Assembly (NCBI GenBank): GCA_963745105.1 | Contig: CAVUWQ010000022.1 | Coordinates: forward strand, 99,366 to 163,365 | Length of the DNA stretch: 64,000 nt | From: an uncultured Acidobacteriaceae bacterium | GTDB taxonomy: Bacteria; Acidobacteriota; Terriglobia; Terriglobales; Acidobacteriaceae | Direction of reading: 5' to 3' | Shown: one piece after another, positions 24,446 through 33,042 of the stretch | Layout of the letters: every line of letters starts with the position of its first letter | Position numbering within the stretch: position 1 is the first letter of the stretch | Translations under genes and position numbers: made by a program | Notes under the pieces: model-generated | The model's database searches: none | What the model saw: the letters and a program-made list of their open reading frames with translations, nothing else | Told to the model about the DNA's origin: nothing

Positions 24446-27094
24446 CTACTCCCGCCGCAGAGCCTGCATCGGATCGAGCCGCGAAGCCCGCCAGGCCGGC
24501 AGAACACACGCCGCGGCCGCCACCAGCAGCAGCACCGCGCTCACCGCGACAAACACCATTGGATCCACCGCCTGCGTCTTGTAGAGCATGGAGCTCATCA
24601 GCCGCGTCACCGCCGCGCTCGCCCCCAGCCCGATCACCAGTCCCCACACCGCCGGCTTGATGCCGTCGGTAAGAAACTGTCGCACCACCTGGTCCCGCTG
24701 CGCTCCCAGCGCAATGCGAATGCCGATCTCCGTCGTCCGCTGCGCCACGATATAGGACAGCACTCCGAACAATCCCACCGCCGCCAGCAAGAGAGACAGA
24801 CCACCGAACATCGCCAGCAGCGTCGCGTCGAAGCTCGTATCCGACAGCGAGCTGCTCGCCACCTGATCCATCGAGAGCACATCCGCCACCGGCAGATCGT
24901 GATCCATCCGCGCGATCACCCGCTGTACCGGCAGCGCCAGGTTCATCGGATCCTGCGCCGTCCTCACCACCAGGCTCACCGCGCGCTCCGACCCTCCCCA
25001 CATAGGAAAATAGAAGGTAGGAATCGGCTGCGATCCCGCCTCTTCCAGCGTGTCGCCCACTACGCCAACGATCTCGAACTTCTTTATATCCATGCCCAGC
25101 TCGGTCACGATGTGCTTGCCCAGGGCATCTCCGTTCGGAAAATACTTGCGAACGAATGCCTGGCTCACCACCGCTACGCCCGCCTGGTCGAACCGCTCCC
25201 GGTCTTCAAAAACACGGCCCTGCACCACAGGAATCTGCATGGTGCCGAAATATCCCGGATCGGCGAAGCGCGTCGTCGCGTCCATCGTCTCGCCGCGCGG
25301 CAGCGGAGGGTTCTCCGCGATCGTAAACACATCGTTGCGGAGCGACCCCTGTCCTGGAAGCCCAGTCGAAAGCCCCGCTCCGCGCGCGCCCGGCAGCGCC
25401 CTCACCTGCTGCACCAGGCTCTCGTAAAACGAAACCAGCTGCGATGCGTTCCGGTAGCTGCCCTTGGGCAGATTCACGGTCATGGTTAGCACATTGTGCG
25501 TGTTCGCGCCCATGTCCACCGCGCGCAACTGGTGATAGGTCTTGAGCAGCAACCCCGACCCCACCAGCAGAACTACGGTCAGGCCAACCTCGAGTGCCAG
25601 CAGCATCCGGCGCAAAGTCACGCTCCCTCGCCCGCCGCTATGCGATCGTGCCGACTCCTGCAACGCCTTCAGCACATGCCGGTCGCTTGAAGAGAGCGCC
25701 GGAATCAATCCCGCAATCAGCCCGCACAGGCAGACAACGCCCAGCGTGAATGCCAGCGTGACGGCATCGATATGAATCGCGTCCGCGCGCGGCACCTCCG
25801 GACGCGTAGCCACCAGCCAGCGCAGCGCACCATACGCGAAGATTAGTCCCAGCCCGCCGCCGGCAAAAGCCAGCACCAGGCTCTCGATCACCTGCGTGCG
25901 AATCAGCCGCCCCCGCGTGCCGCCCAGCGCCGTGCGGATGGCCATCTCCTTCTGCCGCGCCGCTGCGCGCGCCACCAGCAGGTTCGCGATGTTGAGGCAG
26001 GCAATCAGCAGCAGGCATCCCGTCGCCGCCAGCAGCGCGTAGAAGCCCAGTTTCACATCGCGTGTCTGCGCATCGAGCAGAGGCAGCGCCACCGCCGCAT
26101 CGTTCACCGGTCCATCCGGATGCTGCCGCCGTATCTGCGCCTGGATCGCAGACACCTCGGCCGCCGCCTGCTGCATGGATACCCCCGGCTTCAGCCGTCC
26201 CACCACATCGAAGTTGTGCGACTCATACATACGCATCAGCTCCGGAGACCGCTCGTGAAAAAGCGCAGTCCATAATTGCGTTCGATCATCGGGATACGTG
26301 AACTGCGCGGGCAGGACGCCGATCACCGTAAACGGACGCGCATCGAGCAGAATCTTGCTGCCCACGATCGATGCCGCCCCGCCATAACGCCGCTTCCACA
26401 ATCCCCAGCTCAACACCACAGTCGCATCGGCATTGCGGCTGTCATCGTCTGCGGAGAAAAGCCGTCCCGCCGCTGCCTTCACGCCCAGCAGCGGAAACAG
26501 ATTCCACGAAGCCTGTTCCGCACGCACCACCTCCGGAAGCTGTCCCTGCGTGCCCGCCAGGCTGTACGTGATCTGCTTCTGAATGGCGAGCTGCTCAAAG
26601 CTCTTCGCGCCGGTCCGCCATTCCGCAAAATCGCCGCCGGCCACGATGTTGTAACTGAAGCGCCCGCGCGCATCCGACTCGTACACCCGCACCAGCCGCT
26701 CCGGATGAGGAAACGGCAGCGGCTGCAGGATCACCGAATTCACCAGCGTGAAGATCGCCACATTTGCGCCGATGCCCAGCGCCAGCACCGCAATCGCAAC
26801 CGCCGCGAAGCCCGGTGTCCGCAAGAGAGAGCGGGCACTCTGCCGCACATCGCGCACCAGCTGCTCCAGCCGGTTCCATTGCCAGCTCTCGCGTGCCTCG
26901 TCGCGCAGCGCCGCCGGATTCCCAAACTCACGCAGCGCCGCCTGCCGCGCCTCGTCCTCACTCATGCCTGCCATGCGATTCTCCGTAATCTGCTGCTCAA
27001 TGTGAAACTGCAGTTCGTTATCGAGCTCCGCGCCCGCCCGATTCCGGCGAAACAACATCACCAGACCCATCCAGAATTGGTGCAGCCAGCGCAT
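24446..27094 (-). CDS. ADOP-like duplicated MacB/FtsX permease with N-terminal prefix
   Basis: 882 aa. Prefix MRWLHQFWMGLVMLFRRNRAGAELDNELQFHIEQQITENRMAGMSEDEARQAALREFGNP. Duplicated periplasmic-domain plus FtsX module. C-terminal SRLDPMQALRRE. Confidence 0.9.
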   Translation of the reverse strand: MRWLHQFWMGLVMLFRRNRAGAELDNELQFHIEQQITENRMAGMSEDEARQAALREFGNPAALRDEARESWQWNRLEQLVRDVRQSARSLLRTPGFAAVAIAVLALGIGANVAIFTLVNSVILQPLPFPHPERLVRVYESDARGRFSYNIVAGGDFAEWRTGAKSFEQLAIQKQITYSLAGTQGQLPEVVRAEQASWNLFPLLGVKAAAGRLFSADDDSRNADATVVLSWGLWKRRYGGAASIVGSKILLDARPFTVIGVLPAQFTYPDDRTQLWTALFHERSPELMRMYESHNFDVVGRLKPGVSMQQAAAEVSAIQAQIRRQHPDGPVNDAAVALPLLDAQTRDVKLGFYALLAATGCLLLIACLNIANLLVARAAARQKEMAIRTALGGTRGRLIRTQVIESLVLAFAGGGLGLIFAYGALRWLVATRPEVPRADAIHIDAVTLAFTLGVVCLCGLIAGLIPALSSSDRHVLKALQESARSHSGGRGSVTLRRMLLALEVGLTVVLLVGSGLLLKTYHQLRAVDMGANTHNVLTMTVNLPKGSYRNASQLVSFYESLVQQVRALPGARGAGLSTGLPGQGSLRNDVFTIAENPPLPRGETMDATTRFADPGYFGTMQIPVVQGRVFEDRERFDQAGVAVVSQAFVRKYFPNGDALGKHIVTELGMDIKKFEIVGVVGDTLEEAGSQPIPTFYFPMWGGSERAVSLVVRTAQDPMNLALPVQRVIARMDHDLPVADVLSMDQVASSSLSDTSFDATLLAMFGGLSLLLAAVGLFGVLSYIVAQRTTEIGIRIALGAQRDQVVRQFLTDGIKPAVWGLVIGLGASAAVTRLMSSMLYKTQAVDPMVFVAVSAVLLLVAAAACVLPAWRASRLDPMQALRRE

Positions 27095-27137
27095 CGTTTA
27101 TCGAACCTCTCTTCTCACACCAGCTCAACCCGGGTGC

Positions 27138-27163
27138 CCCACGTCTCGCTTCTGAGACGTGGG
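27138..27163. repeat. type D hairpin repeat between the two permease genes
   Basis: cccacgtctc-gcttct-gagacgtggg, a perfect 10-bp stem followed by att. Related copies lie at 9126-9150 and 57225-57247. Confidence 0.7.
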
Positions 27164-27182
27164 ATTGTACGACCGCGCAGTC

Positions 27183-29831
27183 CTACTCTCTTCGCAAAGC
27201 CTGCACCGGATCGAGCCGCGAAGCACGCCACGCCGGAAGCATACACGCCAGAGACGCAACCGCAAGTAATGTAACGCCAACAGTGACAAATACGGCCGGG
27301 TCCAGTGCCTCTGTCTTGTAAAGCATCGACTCCAGCAGACGAGTCACGCCCACAGCAGCTCCAAGGCCCAGCACCAGACCGACGATAGCCGGGCGCAATC
27401 CATCCGCCAGCAGATGACCCACGACAGCGCTTCTCTGCGCCCCCAGCGCCATGCGGATGCCGATCTCCGTCGTTCGCTGCGCCACAATGTAAGAGAGCAC
27501 TCCGAACAATCCCACCGCAGCCAGCAGCAATGAAGACGCCGCAAAGATCACCAGCAGGGTAGCGTCAAAGCTTGCATCCGCAGTGTTGCTGCCAATCACC
27601 TGATCCATCGTCAGAATGTCCGACAGCGGCAGGTCGCGATCCATCTGCTGCACGATCTTCTGCACCGGCAGCGCATACTGCGTCACATCCCTCCGCGACC
27701 GGATCACTAACGTCGCACCACTGATGTCCTCACCGGCATCGAGTGCGAAATAAAGGATGGGACCCGCAGGCGTGCTTACCTCATATAACGTGTCTCCGCT
27801 GACACCGACAATCTCATACGTATGCGGTCCCTTGCGTACATGCTTACCCAGCGGATCTTCACCAGGCATGTACTGGCGCACGAAAGCCTCGCTCACGACG
27901 ACCTCCGTTGGATGCCCCGGCCGCTGATCCTCGCCGAGTGTACGGCCGCGCTTCACTGGGATGCCCATCGTCGAAAAGTATCCACGGTCGATGAACAGCG
28001 TTCGCGCCCACTGTCCTTTACCCTGCGGCAGCGGAGGGTGCTCGGTAATGCGGAAGCCGCTGTCGCCTCCATAACCCGCTCCGGGAACAGTTGGGAAGAC
28101 ATATCCGGCTGCCTGTACGCCCGGAAGCGTACGCACCTGCTGCAGCAGCGAATCGAAAAAGCTGACGCGTTGCGCGTCCGTCATGTAGCGCGCTTCAGGC
28201 AGAGTCATGCTCATGGTCAGCACATTCTGCGTAGTGCAGCCCAGGTCCACAGAGCGCAGCCGCGCATAGCTTTTCAGCAGCAGACCGGCGCCCGTCAGCA
28301 GCACCACTGTCAGCGCTACTTCGAGCGTGAGTAGAACCTTGCGCAGCCGCGTGCGGCTCTGTCCCGCGCTGTGCGAGCGCGACGCATCCTGTAGCGGCTC
28401 GAGAATCTGCTCGCCTCCCGCCGGCAGCGAGGAGAGCGCACCGGTAAACATCGCACTCAGAATCACCAGCCCCAGCGCGAACACCCCGACCATCGCATCC
28501 GGATGAATCGCCTCAGCACGCGCCATCTCCGGCTGCGCCTTTAGCAGCCATTCGATTGCAGCGGCAGCCAGTGCGATCCCCAGCATCCCGCCGCCAATGG
28601 AAAGCAGCAGGCTTTCCATCAGTTGCTCGCGCAGCAAACGCATACGGCTGCCGCCCAGCGCGGAGCGGATCGCCATCTCCCTGCGCCGCGCCGCCGAGCG
28701 CGCCACCAGCAGATTCGCAACGTTGAGGCACGCGATCAGCAGCACGCAGCCCGTCGCCGCCAGCAGCACATAGAGCGGAGTCTTCACATCGCCCACCATG
28801 GCATCCAGCAGCGGACGTACGCTCGCCGCGCTGCTCACCGAAGCATTGTCGAGATGCTGGTCGTGAATCCGCCTGGTAATCAATGAGAGCTCGGTCGCTG
28901 CCTGCGCCGCCGTCACACCCGGCTTCAGTCGCCCGATCGAGACGAAGTTATGTTCATCGAGCGCTTCCACCTCATCGGCAGGCTCGTTCTGGTGCAGCGC
29001 CGTCCATAGCTGCTGCGTCTGATCGGGATACGCGAACCACGCCGGCATCACCCCGATGACCGTATAGGGCTTGGCATCGAGCAGGATCGTGTGATTGAGG
29101 ATTGCAGGGTCGCCCCCAAAGCGCCGCTTCCACAATCCCCAGCTCAGGATGACCGTTCCATTCGCCGACGGCCTGTCGTCGTCTGCCGTAAAGTTCCGCC
29201 CCAGCGCCGGCTCGACACCCAGCGTAGACAAAACATTGGATGAGAATGCAGCCGCGCGCACATTCTCCGGCAGCTGGCCGCCGCTCGCCGAGAGGTTATA
29301 GCCCGTGTAGCGCCACAGCGCCAGATCGGTAAAACTGTGGCTCTGTTTCTGCCATTCTATGAAGATGCCGCCCGCGCTTTGGTTGAACGGGTTTTCTTCC
29401 GTGGTGTGCTCGTATAGCCTCATCAGCCGTCCCGGATCGCGAAACGGCAGCGGCTCGAGCAGCACCGACCGCACGATGGTGAACAGCGCAATGTTCGCGC
29501 CGATGCCCAGCCCCATCACCACAATTGCAATGGCGGCAAAGCCGGGTGTCCGCAGCAGCGTCCGTACCCCGATCCTCGCATCCCTCAGCACCAGTTCCAG
29601 ACCGCTCCAGCTCCACGTCGCACGCGCCTGATCGCGAAGGGCAGCGGGATTCCCGAAGGTCCGCAGCGCCGCGGCCCGCGCATCCCCTTCGCTCATCCCC
29701 GCAGCACGGTTCTCGGCAATCTGCTGCTCGATGTGAAAGGCCATCTCCGCATCGAGCGCCGCGCCTGCCTTGCTGCGGCGAAGCAGCATGACAAAGCTCA
29801 TCCCGACTTGGTGCAACCATCGCATCGCCAT
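27183..29831 (-). CDS. ADOP-like duplicated MacB/FtsX permease with N-terminal prefix (paralog of 24446..27094)
   Basis: 882 aa. MAMRWLHQVGMSFVMLLRRSKAGAALDAEMAFHIEQQIAENRAAGMSEGDARAAALRTFGNP. Same length and architecture as its neighbour. Confidence 0.9.
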   Translation of the reverse strand: MAMRWLHQVGMSFVMLLRRSKAGAALDAEMAFHIEQQIAENRAAGMSEGDARAAALRTFGNPAALRDQARATWSWSGLELVLRDARIGVRTLLRTPGFAAIAIVVMGLGIGANIALFTIVRSVLLEPLPFRDPGRLMRLYEHTTEENPFNQSAGGIFIEWQKQSHSFTDLALWRYTGYNLSASGGQLPENVRAAAFSSNVLSTLGVEPALGRNFTADDDRPSANGTVILSWGLWKRRFGGDPAILNHTILLDAKPYTVIGVMPAWFAYPDQTQQLWTALHQNEPADEVEALDEHNFVSIGRLKPGVTAAQAATELSLITRRIHDQHLDNASVSSAASVRPLLDAMVGDVKTPLYVLLAATGCVLLIACLNVANLLVARSAARRREMAIRSALGGSRMRLLREQLMESLLLSIGGGMLGIALAAAAIEWLLKAQPEMARAEAIHPDAMVGVFALGLVILSAMFTGALSSLPAGGEQILEPLQDASRSHSAGQSRTRLRKVLLTLEVALTVVLLTGAGLLLKSYARLRSVDLGCTTQNVLTMSMTLPEARYMTDAQRVSFFDSLLQQVRTLPGVQAAGYVFPTVPGAGYGGDSGFRITEHPPLPQGKGQWARTLFIDRGYFSTMGIPVKRGRTLGEDQRPGHPTEVVVSEAFVRQYMPGEDPLGKHVRKGPHTYEIVGVSGDTLYEVSTPAGPILYFALDAGEDISGATLVIRSRRDVTQYALPVQKIVQQMDRDLPLSDILTMDQVIGSNTADASFDATLLVIFAASSLLLAAVGLFGVLSYIVAQRTTEIGIRMALGAQRSAVVGHLLADGLRPAIVGLVLGLGAAVGVTRLLESMLYKTEALDPAVFVTVGVTLLAVASLACMLPAWRASRLDPVQALRRE

Positions 29832-29877
29832 AAGACCTTACCTAGCCATTCAAAAAATCGATGTCACCCTGAGTGAA

Positions 29878-29956
29878 GTCATTGCGGAGCAATGACGCAG
29901 TCGAAGGACCTGCGGTTCTTGCGCCGAAGGCGCGTGTCGCTGGACGCGCAGTCCTC
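29878..29956. repeat. type F dispersed repeat between PadR and the first permease
   Basis: gtcattgc-gga-gcaatgac hairpin (29878-29896), then ...ttgcgccgaaggcgcgtgtcgctggacgcgcagtcctc. It equals 12758-12800 plus a 37-nt internal insertion bounded by ttgcg. It ends at the PadR stop codon. Confidence 0.7.
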
Positions 29957-30284
29957 AACCCTCTTGCACCACCAGGTTGATTGCCCCCGAAAGCCGCCTC
30001 CAGCTCTCCGTCTCTTTCTCAAGCTGCGCCCGCCCCGCCGCAGTCAGCGAATAGAACTTGGCCTGCCGTCCCGTCTCGCTCTCCGCCCACTTGGCCTTGA
30101 TCCATCCCTGCTGCTCCAGACGGTGCAGCGCCGGATACAGCGATCCCTGCTGCACCTGCAACACCTCGCCAGAGATCAACTGGATGCGCTTCGCAATCGC
30201 CCAGCCATGCTTGGCCTCCTGCGACAGCGTCTTCAAAATCAAAAGGTCCAGAGTGCCCTGCACCAGATCGCTCGGTTTTCCCAT
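29955..30284 (-). CDS. PadR-family transcriptional regulator
   Basis: 109 aa. GTLDLLILKTLSQEAKHGWAIAKRIQLISGEVLQVQQGSLYPALHRLEQQGWIKAKW is the canonical PadR wHTH. Confidence 0.9.
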   Translation of the reverse strand: MGKPSDLVQGTLDLLILKTLSQEAKHGWAIAKRIQLISGEVLQVQQGSLYPALHRLEQQGWIKAKWAESETGRQAKFYSLTAAGRAQLEKETESWRRLSGAINLVVQEG

Positions 30285-30289
30285 ACTAT

Positions 30290-30322
30290 GACTATCTACA
30301 CCTCGCAGTTGTAGATAGTCAA
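30290..30322 (-). promoter_or_regulatory. candidate PadR operator overlapping a leaderless-type promoter
   Basis: Perfect 11-bp inverted repeat gactatctaca-N9-tgtagatagtc (30290-30320). On the minus strand: TTGACT (30322-30317), 18 nt, TAGATA (30298-30293), 8 nt, then ATG (30284). Confidence 0.5.
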
Positions 30323-30467
30323 GGTGTATAGACGGGGCGAGATTGTGGCCGGAGCTGCCAGCTTCGGAATTGGGCGCTGCTAATTGGTGGGAGGGTGGGT
30401 ACAGTCAGAAGATACTGCACGGATCGAAACTGACCAGATCCAGAATAGACGGGATGCTTCGTATCAG

Positions 30468-30520
30468 GGCACGGCTTCAGCCGTGCCATAAGACGGCGAA
30501 AGAAGAGAGGGCTTCAGCCC
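30468..30520. repeat. type A and type B hairpin repeats
   Basis: ggcacggc-TTCA-gccgtgcc (30468-30487), preceded by gtatcag, then gggc-TTCA-gccc (30509-30520). The same composite occurs at 57151-57203. Confidence 0.7.
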
Positions 30521-30658
30521 CTGACGGCAATTAGCCGGTACGCGGAATCTCCACTGCTTCCAGAAAAAACAGTCAGGCCGCCCACCATCACAACAGGCAT
30601 TCTCGAGCGTTGATACCACTTCTACGTCTGTCAAGGATATAGTTCCCGTTCAGTCGCT

Positions 30659-31960
30659 TTGGAGGTCGTCTTGGCGTCTATTGCGCAATTCGCTCTTGCC
30701 ACCATCTTAGCCACTCCGCTTCTGCAGGCCCAAAAAGACTCGCCAGGTGCCATGGACCTCCTTCGGCAAATGAGCCAGCACTACGCGAGCGCCACCTCCT
30801 GGTACATCGAAGCCAAGGAAGAACACAGCTTTGAGAACGAATATTGCAGCGAATCGCAAGAGACCACCATGCTCGGTGCCGAGTCCGGCAGGAAGTATCA
30901 TTACGAAGCCCACTCGCATGGCTCCGCTGTGCACATCTCAGACGGCATAACTGCTTGGGATTTTCATCCCGACAAAGAGGAGTACCGGAAGCAGCCTGCT
31001 CCCGCTGGTCCCGACTTCTCCTCCCAAAGTTCTTATCCAGCTGAGGCGGTAGTCGTGCAAGCTGTAGGACTACGAAAGTATTTTGCCGAGCTGGCGAGTC
31101 ACTACAACTCCGCAACCAGGCTGCCTGATGAAGTGCTTCACAGCACCGGATACGACGTTCCGTGCTACGTGGTACGGGTCACGGCCGCTGACCGCAAAGA
31201 TCCCACATCCTTTGGAGAGTCCGCGACAGAGACTCTGTGGATTGACCGGAAAACCGGAGTAGTGTGGGAACGAAGGCAGCATGATGATTCCTTCATTCTC
31301 TCCGCCAGTTCCCGCACTCCAGTTACGGTTAACTCATTTACGCGCTACTCGACGGTCCAGTTGGGTACCACCGTTCCCGAAACTCTGTTCCACTTCGATC
31401 CACCCGCCAGCGCGGCGTCTGTGGCGCAATTTAGCGAATTCCGCCTCCGCCTCGATATGACCGGGTTGCCCGCTCCCGACGTTCAGCTTGTCTCCGCCGA
31501 CGGCTCCGTGGTTCCTCTGTCATCCTTTCGAGGCAAGCCCGTGCTGCTCGACTTCTGGTCGATACACTGCAAACCGTGTGTAGAAGGCATGCCTAAAATC
31601 GACGAGATCGCGAAGAAAACCGCTGCCAATGGATTGGTCGTACTGAGCGTGAATGAGGATCTGCTGATGGGCGTGCGTGAGGAAGAAGAAAAAAAGAAGG
31701 CGATAGACTTTTTCGCGCAGCACAACTACACCTGGCCCGATTTCTTTGATGAGGGGACCGTCCACCAATCTTTCAATATGCTCGCCTTGCCGCATCTCGT
31801 TCTGATCGACTCGCAAGGGACGATCGTGTATTTCAGAGGGGACCAGGACGAGCTGCTGACTGCCATTGCTTCGTTGGGGCCACAGTATGAGTTTCTGAGG
31901 CCGGTACCGAAACCTCAAGATTCCTGCGCAATCGCTGCAAAGCAAATACCACCGAACTAG
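30659..31960 (+). CDS. TlpA-like thiol:disulfide oxidoreductase with an N-terminal LolA-like/unknown domain
   Basis: 433 aa. C-terminal redoxin motif GKPVLLDFWSIHCKPCVEGMP. An alternative TTG start at 30671 has GGAGG 5 nt upstream. Confidence 0.75.
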   Translation: MEVVLASIAQFALATILATPLLQAQKDSPGAMDLLRQMSQHYASATSWYIEAKEEHSFENEYCSESQETTMLGAESGRKYHYEAHSHGSAVHISDGITAWDFHPDKEEYRKQPAPAGPDFSSQSSYPAEAVVVQAVGLRKYFAELASHYNSATRLPDEVLHSTGYDVPCYVVRVTAADRKDPTSFGESATETLWIDRKTGVVWERRQHDDSFILSASSRTPVTVNSFTRYSTVQLGTTVPETLFHFDPPASAASVAQFSEFRLRLDMTGLPAPDVQLVSADGSVVPLSSFRGKPVLLDFWSIHCKPCVEGMPKIDEIAKKTAANGLVVLSVNEDLLMGVREEEEKKKAIDFFAQHNYTWPDFFDEGTVHQSFNMLALPHLVLIDSQGTIVYFRGDQDELLTAIASLGPQYEFLRPVPKPQDSCAIAAKQIPPN

Positions 31961-32089
31961 GAATCGCGCCTTCTCACTTTGGTCGTGGAGGCGCGGCGAA
32001 CATGCATCTCGTCACTGAAACTCCCACTCGCCCTCCCATGACTCAGCCCGGCGCGTATGAGAACTTCTAAAAATCATTTAACCAAACGG

Positions 32090-32118
32090 TTGACAACTGC
32101 GCGAACCCGTCCTACTAT
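32090..32118 (+). promoter_or_regulatory. candidate promoter of the arsR-like operon (leaderless geometry)
   Basis: TTGACA (32090-32095), 17 nt, TACTAT (32113-32118), 8 nt, then ATG at 32127. TTAACCA (32078-32084) and TGGTTAA (32128-32134) flank it as a 7-bp inverted repeat. Confidence 0.35.
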
Positions 32119-32126
32119 TCAACTAA

Positions 32127-32462
32127 ATGGTTAACTCCGCCGCTGCCGTTCGACTCGACAACATCTTCCACGCTCTCTCCGACTCCACGCGCCGCGCCAT
32201 CCTTCGCGATGTAGCCGTGCGCGAGAAGACGGTGAGCCAGATCGCCCAGCCCTACTCCATGTCCCTCGCCGCAGTCTCCAAGCATCTGAAAGTTCTCGAA
32301 AGCGCCGAGCTCATCGCCCGCGAACGCCGGGGAAACTTTCACATCGTCCGCCTCAAACCCGCCGCCCTCAGGCCCGCCGAGCAGTGGCTGGCTTACTACG
32401 AGAAGTTCTGGAACACCCAACTCGACGCTCTCGAGCGCCACTTCCAAGGAGAAAAAGCATGA
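32127..32462 (+). CDS. ArsR/SmtB-family transcriptional regulator
   Basis: 111 aa. FHALSDSTRRAILRDVAVREKTVSQIAQPYSMSLAAVSKHLKVLESAELI is the wHTH. Confidence 0.85.
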   Translation: MVNSAAAVRLDNIFHALSDSTRRAILRDVAVREKTVSQIAQPYSMSLAAVSKHLKVLESAELIARERRGNFHIVRLKPAALRPAEQWLAYYEKFWNTQLDALERHFQGEKA

Positions 32463-32950
32463 CCGAAACCGCCGTTCTCGAAAACCGCAGCACCCGCTCC
32501 GACCTCAGCCTGCAAGTCAGCCGCGTCATCGCTGCCGAGCGCAGCCGTGTCTATCAGGCCTGGACGCGCCCCGAGCTGATCGCCCAATGGTTCGCACCGG
32601 GCAAGACCATCACCAACATCACCTCTGACCCGCGGCCCGGCGGCGAATACCGCTTCGACTTCTTCGGCATGCCCTGCGATGCCGATACCGCCGCGCCGCA
32701 GGTCCCATCTGCCGTAAACGTCGTCGGCGTTTATCAGGAAGTGGTGCCGGACGAGCGCATCTCCTACACCTGGCGCGGATCGCGCTTTCCCGACGAGAAC
32801 ACCCTGGTCACCGTCACCTTCAAAGACGCCGAGGGTGGAACCGAAGTGACCATCAGGCATGAGAACTTCTCCTCGGCTGAGATCATGAGTCCACACAACC
32901 TCGGCTGGGAAGGCGCCTTGACCAGCCTCGAAAACTTCCTGAAGAAGTAG
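32459..32950 (+). CDS. SRPBCC (AHSA1/START-like) domain protein
   Basis: The ATG at 32459 overlaps the arsR stop (ATGA). RVIAAERSRVYQAWTRPELIAQWFAP...GGTEVTIRHENF is typical, and the ArsR pairing is common. Confidence 0.8.
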   Translation: MTETAVLENRSTRSDLSLQVSRVIAAERSRVYQAWTRPELIAQWFAPGKTITNITSDPRPGGEYRFDFFGMPCDADTAAPQVPSAVNVVGVYQEVVPDERISYTWRGSRFPDENTLVTVTFKDAEGGTEVTIRHENFSSAEIMSPHNLGWEGALTSLENFLKK

Positions 32951-32973
32951 CCGGAGACAGCCAGCGCCGCAGC

Positions 32974-33024
32974 GGAGCGGGGATTTCAAAGAAGTCCGTT
33001 TGGAAATCCCCGCTCCTGTGTTTT
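32974..33024 (+). terminator. strong hairpin with T-tract after the SRPBCC gene, immediately 5' of the NCS2 permease
   Basis: ggagcggggatttc (32974-32987) and gaaatccccgctcc (33003-33016) form a perfect 14-bp stem with a 15-nt loop, followed by tgtgttttg. Confidence 0.6.
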
Positions 33025-33042
33025 GATGAAGCTCACATACAC

